Below, in pieces: positions 1-7,612 of a stretch of 50,317 bases of DNA. Each line of letters begins with the position of its first letter. Position 1 is the stretch's first letter. The notes beneath the pieces were generated by a model. That model was not told where the DNA came from. It worked only from the letters and a program-made list of their open reading frames with translations, and ran no database searches. This DNA is from an uncultured Candidatus Saccharibacteria bacterium (lineage in GTDB: Bacteria; Patescibacteriota; Minisyncoccia; 2-02-FULL-40-12), in assembly GCA_964368135.1 (NCBI GenBank), contig CAYIZI010000003.1:1-50317 (forward strand), in the 5' to 3' direction. A program made the position numbers and the translations under genes.

Positions 1-102
1 CATATTTTGCGAAACCGCCAATTCGTTTTTACCCCCAAAATTGAATACAAATTAGCCGCCGAGCGAAGCGAGGCGAACCAAAACTCTTTGACTTTTCTCA
101 CT

Positions 103-190
103 TGGTGCCCGGGGAGAGATTCGAACTCTCACGAGCTTACGCTCATCGCATCTTAAGTGCGAAATGTCTACCAAATTCCATCACCCGGGC
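103..190 (-). tRNA. tRNA-Leu (anticodon TAA), CCA encoded
   Basis: Minus-strand cloverleaf folded by eye. Acceptor GCCCGGG/CCCGGGC. Anticodon stem TCGCA/TGCGA with loop CTTAAGA. Long variable arm GAGC-GTAA-GCTC. T arm GAGAG-TTCGAAT-CTCTC. 3' ACCA. Confidence 0.9.
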
Positions 191-231
191 GTATGTATAA
201 AATCTTATTTTACCGCTTATTTTTAAAAAAT

Positions 232-915
232 TCAAGCGGTATTATGTATTTGATAAATAGGGATTTTTGAAACAAAATTGGCCTTACGTTTCAAGCCGAT
301 AGGAAAATTTTTATAATACATATATCTTAATAATGTTTCAGAATCTTTCATGCCATATCCTAATTTTAAAGAGTTGCCTCTATTATAAATACCGAGTTTT
401 TTGTATTTTAAATTTAGTTCATGCTTTAATGCGTCCATCAGGCCTTCTAGAAATTTTTTACTTCCTGATGTAAAATTTGTTCTCAGTTCTCTTGTATATC
501 TTTTATCCTTAGTTCTGATATATTTAACAAAAAATACACTACCATCGCCATCAAAATAACCGCGAATAAAATCTTTTATATAGTTTTTTGGAATATAAGG
601 GAATTCTATTATTCTACTTTTACATCTTAAACCTCCGAGTTTGATTAATTTTTCATATAATTTCCTAGAATGCATAGCAATTTGCCATACATTGTCTTCT
701 TTGCGTAAGCGAAGAGGATGAGTTGAATTCATTTTAGATCGAATTCTTTCTAGAATTTCCCTATCTTTAGAAAAGAAAAGAATCCTGTAAGATTTCTCCT
801 TTCTCATATAGCCATCCGCAAACCAAAACCCTAATATGTAAGCCATTGTTGGATTCCAGGCGTCAAAAAACGATTCGTTGATTTTGTATTTACGGTTTGT
901 ACTACGGTAGACCAT
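232..915 (-). CDS. LAGLIDADG-family homing endonuclease, free-standing
   Basis: 227-aa ORF with two LAGLIDADG-type motifs (LGFWFADGYM and IRGYFDGDGSV). It lies between tRNA-Cys and tRNA-Leu on the same strand. Confidence 0.85.
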   Translation of the reverse strand: MVYRSTNRKYKINESFFDAWNPTMAYILGFWFADGYMRKEKSYRILFFSKDREILERIRSKMNSTHPLRLRKEDNVWQIAMHSRKLYEKLIKLGGLRCKSRIIEFPYIPKNYIKDFIRGYFDGDGSVFFVKYIRTKDKRYTRELRTNFTSGSKKFLEGLMDALKHELNLKYKKLGIYNRGNSLKLGYGMKDSETLLRYMYYKNFPIGLKRKANFVSKIPIYQIHNTA

Positions 916-950
916 CTAATAAATTATAACACAAAAGAGTACAAAATGAG

Positions 951-1023
951 AGGCGGCAGTGGGAATTGCACCCACATATATCGATTTTGCAGATCGATGC
1001 GTTAACTATTTCGCCATGCCGCC
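951..1023 (-). tRNA. tRNA-Cys (anticodon GCA)
   Basis: Minus-strand cloverleaf. Acceptor GGCGGCA/TGCCGCC. Anticodon stem TCGAT/ATCGA with loop CTGCAAA. T arm GTGGG-TGCAATT-CCCAC. Confidence 0.85.
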
Positions 1024-1024
1024 A

Positions 1025-2587
1025 TTAGATACTTCTTCTAATTTTTTCTTCTTGATAAATTTCTAAAATGTCTCTTTCTTGAATTTCAGCCGGTCCTTCA
1101 AACTTGATTCCGCACTCAAGTCCTTCTTTAACTTCTTCCACATCAGCTTTATTGTGCTGAAGCTGGCCTAATCTGCCGGAAATCATTTTAGCTTTATTTC
1201 TTAAAACGTCAATCAGGGCTCCTCTTTTAGCATAGCCCGAAACAACTTTTCCTCCAACAATTTGATAATTGGCGCCGCTTTTGAAAAGTTTTAAGATTTT
1301 TACTTTACCCAACGGGATTATTTTTATTTCTGGTTCAAGCAGTTCGGAAAGCTCCTTTCTTAATTCTTCAATCAGTTCATAGATGACTTTGAATGTTTTA
1401 ATCGCCACCTTTTCTTTTTCGGCCAGCCGTCTGGCTGAATCCTCGGTTTCAACATGAAATCCGTAGATAAATCCCTGGCCATTGGCCGCGGTCTGGACAT
1501 CATTATCTTTTATATTGCCGATGCCGTAGCTGACCACATTATAACCCACCTCTTCGGTCCCGATGTTTTTAATTGACTCACTTATCGCCTCAAGCGAACT
1601 GTGAGTGTCGGCCTTGAACACCAGATTCATTATTTTTTTGCCTGCCCCGTAGCGATGCGAAGCATCTGCTTCGGGGTTTTCCTCCTTTAGGAACAAAGGC
1701 GGCTCAACAACTAAGGCCTGTTTGGCCGCTTCCTGTGCTTCTTTTTTGTCTTCTACGGCTTTAAACTCCTGGCCCACGTCTGGGCCTTGGCTCCAGCCAA
1801 GAGTTAAAACCGGTTGGGACGGCAGAGCTTCTTTTATGTTTTTGCCGGTAAAATCTTCCATCATTTTGATTTTGGCAAAAGTTCCGCCGCTGACAATGCA
1901 GTCTCCGATTTTTAAAGTTCCTTCTTGGACTAAAAGAGTGGCCACGCAGCCGCGCCTTGAATCCAGGTGGGACTCAATAACTATTCCCTTTGCTTTTTGG
2001 TTTGGGTCAGCTTCCAGATTTTCAAATTCGGCGGTCAAAAGGATTAGTTCTAAAAGTTCATCAATTCCTTTTCCGTTTTTGGCTGAAGTTTCAACAGCCG
2101 GAATCTGGCCGCCATAGCCCTCCAAAAAAACTCCGGCTTCAGCCAACTGTTGTTTTATCATGGCTGGCCTTGCTTCTTCTTTATCAATTTTGTTTAAAGC
2201 CGCGATAAAAGGAATTTTTGCATTTTGAATATGTTTGATTGCTTCTTTGGTTTGGGGTTTGACTCCATCGTCGGCGGCAATTACTAAAATGGCGATGTCA
2301 GCTACTTTGGCCCCGCGGCGGCGAATGGCTGAAAAAGCTTCATGCCCCGGCGTGTCCAGAAAAGTTATTTTTTTAACTTGCCCCGAACTGATTGAAGGAT
2401 GTTCGACCTGGTAAGCACCGATATGCTGGGTAATGCCGCCAGCCTCTTTTTCGGCGATTTTAGTCTTTCTGATATAGTCCAGAATTTTAGTCTTGCCATG
2501 ATCCACGTGTCCTAAAACGACCACTATTGGTGGCCGTTTAGCAGAGCTATTAGTTTTAATATTGGTTTCTTCCATAATTGTCGGCAA
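1025..2587 (-). CDS. infB: translation initiation factor IF-2 (short form, 520 aa)
   Basis: G1 motif [16 protein letters not shown] and NKID GTPase motifs, and C-terminal IF-2 domains. The start is non-ATG (TTG) at 2587, or ATG four codons downstream. Confidence 0.9.
   Translation of the reverse strand: MPTIMEETNIKTNSSAKRPPIVVVLGHVDHGKTKILDYIRKTKIAEKEAGGITQHIGAYQVEHPSISSGQVKKITFLDTPGHEAFSAIRRRGAKVADIAILVIAADDGVKPQTKEAIKHIQNAKIPFIAALNKIDKEEARPAMIKQQLAEAGVFLEGYGGQIPAVETSAKNGKGIDELLELILLTAEFENLEADPNQKAKGIVIESHLDSRRGCVATLLVQEGTLKIGDCIVSGGTFAKIKMMEDFTGKNIKEALPSQPVLTLGWSQGPDVGQEFKAVEDKKEAQEAAKQALVVEPPLFLKEENPEADASHRYGAGKKIMNLVFKADTHSSLEAISESIKNIGTEEVGYNVVSYGIGNIKDNDVQTAANGQGFIYGFHVETEDSARRLAEKEKVAIKTFKVIYELIEELRKELSELLEPEIKIIPLGKVKILKLFKSGANYQIVGGKVVSGYAKRGALIDVLRNKAKMISGRLGQLQHNKADVEEVKEGLECGIKFEGPAEIQERDILEIYQEEKIRRSI
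1634..1680 (-). repeat. 47-nt in-frame hairpin element, copy in infB (peptide [15 protein letters not shown])
   Basis: Plus-strand TTTTTTGCCTGCCCCGTAGCGATGCGAAGCATCTGCTTCGGGGTTTT aligns without gaps to 7005..7051 in murB, with 36/47 positions identical. The hairpin architecture is the same, with compensatory changes. Confidence 0.75.
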
Positions 2588-2717
2588 AGATTAATATATA
2601 ATTTTTCAGGACTTTTGGCAATTTGGCTAAGGTTTTACCTTAAAAATACCAAGATAGATATAATCGAATTAGTTTGGAGGCTGTTTTGGGTAGACAAAAC
2701 CTGGTCTTCTGTTTACA

Positions 2718-2745
2718 TTCTATTTAGTTCGTTCTATTTAGTTCG
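2718..2745 (+). repeat. perfect 14-nt tandem direct repeat (TTCTATTTAGTTCG x2)
   Basis: Read directly. It lies immediately upstream of the Kelch/SGNH gene leader. Confidence 0.9.
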
Positions 2746-2781
2746 TTGTTTTTTGTTCATTACAACTTAGGAGAAAATGCA

Positions 2782-4665
2782 ATGAAAAGATGGCTATTGA
2801 CTCTCAGCGCCGCACTTGTGTTTGCTGCTTTGTTTTTCTTTGTCCCAGGACTGTCGGCCTTACAGGTCTTGACTTGGGTTCAGAGATTCCCTTCGCAAAA
2901 TCCAGGAGCCAGATTTTTTCACAGCATGGCTTATGATGAAGCAAGAGGTGGGGCAGTACTCTTTGGCGGATTTACGGGCCAGGACGCTTTAGCCGACACC
3001 TGGGCTTGGAATGGCAGCGATTGGGTTCAGCGGTTCCCCGTTCAAAGCCCTCCAGTGAGATACAGTCATGCAATGGCATACGATGGCGCCCGCGAAGAGG
3101 TTGTGCTCTTTGGAGGATTTCCATTTCCTGCCGGGACACTTTTTTCTGATACCTGGCTCTGGAATGGTGTCAATTGGACACAATCGCCTACAAGCGGTCC
3201 TTCGCGCCGGGGCGCGCATTCAATGGCTTATGATTCTGGGCGTAGAGAAACGCTTTTGTTTGGCGGTTCAAGCCAGACTGGCGGGGTGCTTGGCGATACT
3301 TGGATTTGGAACGGTGCAAACTGGATTCAGTTGTTTCCAACTGAAGCGCCTCCGGCCCGGATGCTTTTTGGGATGGCCTATGATGAAGCAAGAGGAGAAG
3401 TTGTTTTATTCGGAGGCACGACGCTGATCGCCGGGCAAGTCTTTGGTGATACTTGGGTTTGGGATGGCATAAACTGGGCTCAAAAGTCGTCTATTCGTCT
3501 GCCTCCGGCCAGGCGAGACCACAAGATGGTTTACGACAGGGCACGCCAGAGGGTTGTTCTTTTCGGCGGGATCAGTAACGACATTGCATTTTCTGACACC
3601 TGGAGCTGGGATGGTTCAAACTGGACTGAAGAAGCACCGCTGGCAAATCCAGGGCCAAGAGCCAGATATGGTTTGGCTTTTGACTCAACCAGGAATGAGG
3701 CCGTCCTTTTTGGCGGGACCGGTTATTCTGCTGGGGTTGGCTTCGCTGACACCTGGGTTTGGAGTGAAGTTACCGTTCCGGATCCAGTCCCGATTGGGCC
3801 GGAGATTCATTACTTTGCTTTGGGCGATTCGGTGGCTTCGGGTCACGGGCTTATGGATGACGGAACTCCTTGCCGCCGTTCTGATTTGGCGTATCCAAGT
3901 AAAGTAGCCGAGCGCCTTAAGGAACGGTACAAAGAGGTTCACTTTACTTCTTTGGCTTGTTCAGGAGCGAGAGTGAATTTCCCGGTAGAATTTTCCGACC
4001 CACACAAGTTCTTTTCAAACCAAGTCAATGATGTTGTTAGTGCTTTGAGAAGGATTGACGGTGTCCCGACTGTCGTCACCATCACTATCGGTGCCAATGA
4101 CTTTGGGTGGACTGAACTTCGACAGTTCACAGATTTGTTGTATTTAAGCAACCTAAATCGGTTTCAGAGAATTGTGAACAGAATTGGTGCGTCTGTTAGA
4201 CGGACTCTTCGACAGCAGGTTCCCCGGCTTCTTAGGTTCCAGAATGTTACTGTTGTGTTGACCGAGTACCATAATCCGTTCAACACCAACAGTGTATTCT
4301 TTTTAGGACCCGGAGGCCGTTGCGGTTTAATTGAGTGCTATGACCGGACCGAGTACGCCATACATACTTTGAACAACGCAATTGTTCAAGCTTATGTTGA
4401 CTTGGGCCGGCCAAGCAATTTGAAGCTGACGCCTATTCATGGTTTGTTTCACGGTCACGAAAGCCCAAGGCCTTCGTGCGGTAACAATGGGCCAGAAGTA
4501 AACGATACTTGGGTGCAGTACAAGGATGATCCGGACTCAAATAGTTTCCCCTTCAGATTGGATTCGAGTTGGCGAGGGGATTGTATGCACCCTAATAGCC
4601 GAGGCACAGACTTTTACGCGGCTCAAGTTAACTCTGACTTGATTGGCTTGTCCTTTGGTGAGTAG
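2782..4665 (+). CDS. secreted Kelch-repeat beta-propeller fused to an SGNH/GDSL hydrolase
   Basis: ATG at 2782 is preceded by AGGAG; the track start at 2746 is an upstream TTG. A signal peptide is present. About six units of the form W-W-NG-x-W plus MAYD...VLFGG. C-terminal SGNH blocks: GDSVASG, GANDFG and DCMHPN. GC is high (58% in line 3001-3060). Confidence 0.8.
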   Translation: MKRWLLTLSAALVFAALFFFVPGLSALQVLTWVQRFPSQNPGARFFHSMAYDEARGGAVLFGGFTGQDALADTWAWNGSDWVQRFPVQSPPVRYSHAMAYDGAREEVVLFGGFPFPAGTLFSDTWLWNGVNWTQSPTSGPSRRGAHSMAYDSGRRETLLFGGSSQTGGVLGDTWIWNGANWIQLFPTEAPPARMLFGMAYDEARGEVVLFGGTTLIAGQVFGDTWVWDGINWAQKSSIRLPPARRDHKMVYDRARQRVVLFGGISNDIAFSDTWSWDGSNWTEEAPLANPGPRARYGLAFDSTRNEAVLFGGTGYSAGVGFADTWVWSEVTVPDPVPIGPEIHYFALGDSVASGHGLMDDGTPCRRSDLAYPSKVAERLKERYKEVHFTSLACSGARVNFPVEFSDPHKFFSNQVNDVVSALRRIDGVPTVVTITIGANDFGWTELRQFTDLLYLSNLNRFQRIVNRIGASVRRTLRQQVPRLLRFQNVTVVLTEYHNPFNTNSVFFLGPGGRCGLIECYDRTEYAIHTLNNAIVQAYVDLGRPSNLKLTPIHGLFHGHESPRPSCGNNGPEVNDTWVQYKDDPDSNSFPFRLDSSWRGDCMHPNSRGTDFYAAQVNSDLIGLSFGE

Positions 4666-4672
4666 ATCTTTG

Positions 4673-4708
4673 TTCCACTGAGTAGCAACGCAATGCTACT
4701 CAGTGGAA
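4673..4708. terminator. bidirectional hairpin between convergent genes
   Basis: TTCCACTGAGTAGCA-ACGCAA-TGCTACTCAGTGGAA. The 15-bp stem is perfect. Confidence 0.7.
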
Positions 4709-4716
4709 TACTTAAA

Positions 4717-5058
4717 TTAAAGAAAATCGAAGATCGGGTCTATGATTAGAATAAATAGCAGTACAACTATAAAAATAATAGTGTTAGCTAAATAAACCCA
4801 CGAAATCGATTTTCTGAATCTAAAAGCCAAAATACTACTACCTACCCCACTTATTATAAAAAATATAGCCCCATAGTAAATTGATATCGTAAAAATCCAA
4901 GCAAGGCTGTCTATAAAGTATTCAAAAAAACCACACGGTTCACTCAAAAAACCACAGCGTCCCTCAAAAGAAAAACTCCAGATCAAAGCGCCAGACAAAT
5001 TCAAAACAATAAACATAATCAAGGCGCTGGCCAGTCCTTTCAAAATATACTTGAACAT
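4717..5058 (-). CDS. small integral membrane protein (hypothetical)
   Basis: 113-aa ORF with about four hydrophobic segments. I recognise no motif. Confidence 0.5.
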   Translation of the reverse strand: MFKYILKGLASALIMFIVLNLSGALIWSFSFEGRCGFLSEPCGFFEYFIDSLAWIFTISIYYGAIFFIISGVGSSILAFRFRKSISWVYLANTIIFIVVLLFILIIDPIFDFL

Positions 5059-5140
5059 ATTTACATTATAATTATGTTTGAGACTTTCTTACCAGTTTGT
5101 TTTTCCACAGCAAATTTTAATATTTCAAAAATTGTCAAGG

Positions 5141-5222
5141 CGGTGGGTGTGAGAGTCGAACTCACAAGCCCTTGCGGGCGCCGGTTTTCGAAACCGGTGG
5201 AATGCCATTATCCGAACCCACC
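5141..5222 (-). tRNA. tRNA-Ser (anticodon CGA)
   Basis: Acceptor GGTGGGT/ACCCACC. Anticodon stem CCGGT/ACCGG with loop TTCGAAA. Long variable arm GCCC-GCAA-GGGC. T arm GTGAG-TTCGACT-CTCAC. Confidence 0.85.
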
Positions 5223-5237
5223 AAAGATTTTTGCCAA

Positions 5238-5309
5238 TGGACCTGAGGGGATTTGAACCCCTGACCCCGCGAATGCCATTCGCGTGCTCTACCGCTGAGC
5301 TACAGGCCC
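5238..5309 (-). tRNA. tRNA-Ala (anticodon GGC)
   Basis: Acceptor GGGCCTG/CAGGTCC with the G3:U70 identity pair. Anticodon stem CGCGA/TCGCG with loop ATGGCAT. T arm AGGGG-TTCAAAT-CCCCT. Confidence 0.9.
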
Positions 5310-6601
5310 AGTAACCTCTCTCCAACCTTATAAATATCGCCGGCGCCCATTAAGATAATTACATAATTTTTGCCGAAATTAACCATTAAATAATCTACTA
5401 TTTTTCGAAAATTTTCAAGAGCTAAAACACGTCCCCCTTTTTGTTTTATTTTCTCTGCCAGAACTTTAGAGCTTATACTTCCGTCATCTTCTTCTCTGGC
5501 TTTGTAAATCGGCGCTAAGATTATTTTATCCGCCTCGTTAAAACTCTTTGCAAACTCGTTGAGTAGTAGTTTTGTCCGGCTGAAAAGATGGGGCTGGAAA
5601 ACGACTACTAATTTTTTATTAGGAAATTTTTCTCGGAAAGCTTTTAGAGTCGTTTTTATTTCGGTGGGGTGATGGGCATAATCATCATAAACTAAGGCGC
5701 CTATTTTAGTCTTGCCTTTGAATTCAAATCTTCGCCAAACCCCTTGGTAGTTTTTAAGCGCAGTAATTATTTTTTCTTCTGGAATTCCCAAAACCTTAGC
5801 CACTGCGAAAGCTGTCTTTGCGTTTTCAATGTTATGCTGACCTGGGAATTTAAGTTTGAAATTATTTTTAACTTTTGAGTAATTAATGATTTGGCACTTT
5901 GCCGATTTCAGAGCCGGTTTAACTTTTGGATCAACAGGATTACAGATTAGGAATCCGTCTTCGGGAATTTTTGAAACCAGTTCACTGAATGCGTTTTGAA
6001 TATCAACTAAGTTTTTATAATAATCCAAATGGTCAGCTTCAATATTAGTGATCACAAGAATTTTGGGCACGAGATTGAGAAAATGCCGTTGGTACTCGTC
6101 TGCTTCCGCGATAAAGTAATCACTTTTTCCAGCCCGAAAATTACTTTTGGTTTTGGTCCGAAGCGAGCCGACAATCGCGGTCGGATCTTTGCCTGCATCT
6201 TCAAGAATATCAACGAGCATGGCCGTGGTCGTGGTTTTGCCATGGGCCCCGGCAACGGCAATGAGATAATATTTATTGGCAATTTTACCAAGAGCCTGAA
6301 AATATGAGAGCACCGGTACTCCTTTTTGCTTGGCCGCTTCAATAATCGCTGGGTTCATTGTTAGCCAGGCGTCGCTAAAAATGTACAAATCAGCCTCGGG
6401 CAAATGTGTTGGATTTTGGTCCAGCGAGATCTGAACGCCCTGGCTTCGCAGTTCATCCAAAGTTTCCGGGCTCGGATTGTCATTTGTTCCTGAAATTTCT
6501 TTTTTCTCGTGAAGCAACAGCCGAGCAAGCGCTGAAATCCCAACTCCGCCAATGCCGATAAAATGGATTCGCTTTACATTAGATATATTGAATTTCTTCA
6601 T
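5300..6601 (-). CDS. murC: UDP-N-acetylmuramate--L-alanine ligase
   Basis: N-terminal GIGGVGISALA Rossmann motif and the Mur ligase P-loop GAHGKTTTT. 433 aa. The stop codon lies inside the tRNA-Ala 5' acceptor stem. Confidence 0.9.
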   Translation of the reverse strand: MKKFNISNVKRIHFIGIGGVGISALARLLLHEKKEISGTNDNPSPETLDELRSQGVQISLDQNPTHLPEADLYIFSDAWLTMNPAIIEAAKQKGVPVLSYFQALGKIANKYYLIAVAGAHGKTTTTAMLVDILEDAGKDPTAIVGSLRTKTKSNFRAGKSDYFIAEADEYQRHFLNLVPKILVITNIEADHLDYYKNLVDIQNAFSELVSKIPEDGFLICNPVDPKVKPALKSAKCQIINYSKVKNNFKLKFPGQHNIENAKTAFAVAKVLGIPEEKIITALKNYQGVWRRFEFKGKTKIGALVYDDYAHHPTEIKTTLKAFREKFPNKKLVVVFQPHLFSRTKLLLNEFAKSFNEADKIILAPIYKAREEDDGSISSKVLAEKIKQKGGRVLALENFRKIVDYLMVNFGKNYVIILMGAGDIYKVGERLLGL

Positions 6602-7580
6602 CTAAATTTATGCCGAATTTATTTTTAACTTTTTGTTTTAAGATTTTAGCCAGCTTTATTATTTCAGATGATTTGCCTTTGCCCGGATTAAAAATCAAAT
6701 TGCCATGATGCTTAGCTACTTTGATTCTTCCAACCTTCATTCCTTTAGCGCCGACTTCTTCCAGAAGATAACCAGTTGGCACCTTGCCGTGATTGACTTT
6801 GCTTTTGTCTATTTTTGATAAAAATTTTTGCCGCAGAGCCGGCCTTACATTATTAATAACAATATTTTTGAAAAAACTGCCTGGGCACAAAAGACCAGGC
6901 CAATATTTCTTTTCTCGCATTTTTATTATTTCTTTTGATGTTTTTTGAAGTTCCTTGGGATCGCCTTTTTTAAATTTGAACTCCGCCCCCAGAATTATCC
7001 AATCTTTTTTCCCTGCCCCATAGGAAGCCGGAGGCTTTCCTTCGGGGTTTTTAAAAATACTTTCCCGGTAACCAAAACGGCATTGTTTTTTTGAGAGCCA
7101 TTGAGTTTCCTTGCCGTTATAAATTTTCACTTTTGTCAGGCAATCTTTTATCTCTTGGCTGTAGGCGCCAGCCGAACCGTAAATCGCTCCGCCGATTGTG
7201 CCGGGAATCCCGGCCATTTTCTCCATTCCAGCCCAGCCAAACTGATTTAACTTATATATAAATGTAAGAAGATTATTTCCAGCGCCGACAAAAAATCTGT
7301 TTCCATTCTTTTCAAAATTTTTAATTTCATTTTTGATTACCAATCCGTTAAAACCCGAGTCAGACGGTACCAAATTTGAGCCGTCACCAATAATATACCA
7401 TTTAATTTTACTATCTTTTGCCCAGTTAATGGCCGAAATTAAATCATTTTCCTTTTTGGCAATAAAAAAATATTTGGCTGGCCCGCCAATTTTCATAGTC
7501 GTCAGTTTTTTAAGAGGATAATTTGTTAAAATCTTGGCTTTGGGAATCATTTTGGATGTTGATAACTTTTGTTGCACCAT
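6579..7580 (-). CDS. murB: UDP-N-acetylenolpyruvoylglucosamine reductase
   Basis: FAD-binding N-terminus (TTMKIGGPAKYF, GDGSNL) and a MurB C-terminal domain. An alternative start lies at 7550. It overlaps the murC start by 23 nt. Confidence 0.9.
   Translation of the reverse strand: MVQQKLSTSKMIPKAKILTNYPLKKLTTMKIGGPAKYFFIAKKENDLISAINWAKDSKIKWYIIGDGSNLVPSDSGFNGLVIKNEIKNFEKNGNRFFVGAGNNLLTFIYKLNQFGWAGMEKMAGIPGTIGGAIYGSAGAYSQEIKDCLTKVKIYNGKETQWLSKKQCRFGYRESIFKNPEGKPPASYGAGKKDWIILGAEFKFKKGDPKELQKTSKEIIKMREKKYWPGLLCPGSFFKNIVINNVRPALRQKFLSKIDKSKVNHGKVPTGYLLEEVGAKGMKVGRIKVAKHHGNLIFNPGKGKSSEIIKLAKILKQKVKNKFGINLDEEIQYI
7005..7051 (-). repeat. 47-nt in-frame hairpin element, copy in murB (peptide NPEGKPPASYGAGKK)
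   Basis: TTTTTTCCCTGCCCCATAGGAAGCCGGAGGCTTTCCTTCGGGGTTTT. This is the partner of 1634..1680. Confidence 0.75.
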
Positions 7581-7581
7581 T

Positions 7582-7599
7582 TATATCATATATGATATA
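7582..7599. promoter_or_regulatory. perfect 18-bp palindrome in the murB/murA divergent gap (candidate operator)
   Basis: TATATCATATATGATATA equals its own reverse complement. It occupies most of the 32-nt gap between the murB ATG (7580) and the HTH-murA ATG (7613). Confidence 0.5.
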
Positions 7600-7612
7600 T
7601 AAACTGAAAACA

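Noticed and set aside
1722-2208. Plus-strand track ORFs lie inside infB. Similar antisense or alternate-frame ORFs lie inside the Kelch gene, murC, pilB, ligA and others.
   Set aside because: They are antisense to, or out of frame with, genes that have strong family motifs. They show no motifs of their own.
2746-2781. The track start codons are TTG at 2746 (Kelch gene), TTG at 7523 (murA), TTG at 29646 (pilM) and 39092 (minor pilin).
   Set aside because: Downstream in-frame ATGs (2782, 7613, 29676, 39137) remove overlaps with neighbouring genes and restore typical N-termini (signal peptide, HTH, actin-fold, prepilin leader). In one case an AGGAG site precedes the ATG.
5074-5325. Track ORFs 5074..5256 + and 5125..5325 -, and 9130..9363 -, 24716..24958 + and 24741..24947 +.
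   Set aside because: They are superimposed on well-folding tRNA genes and are too short and featureless to be credible.
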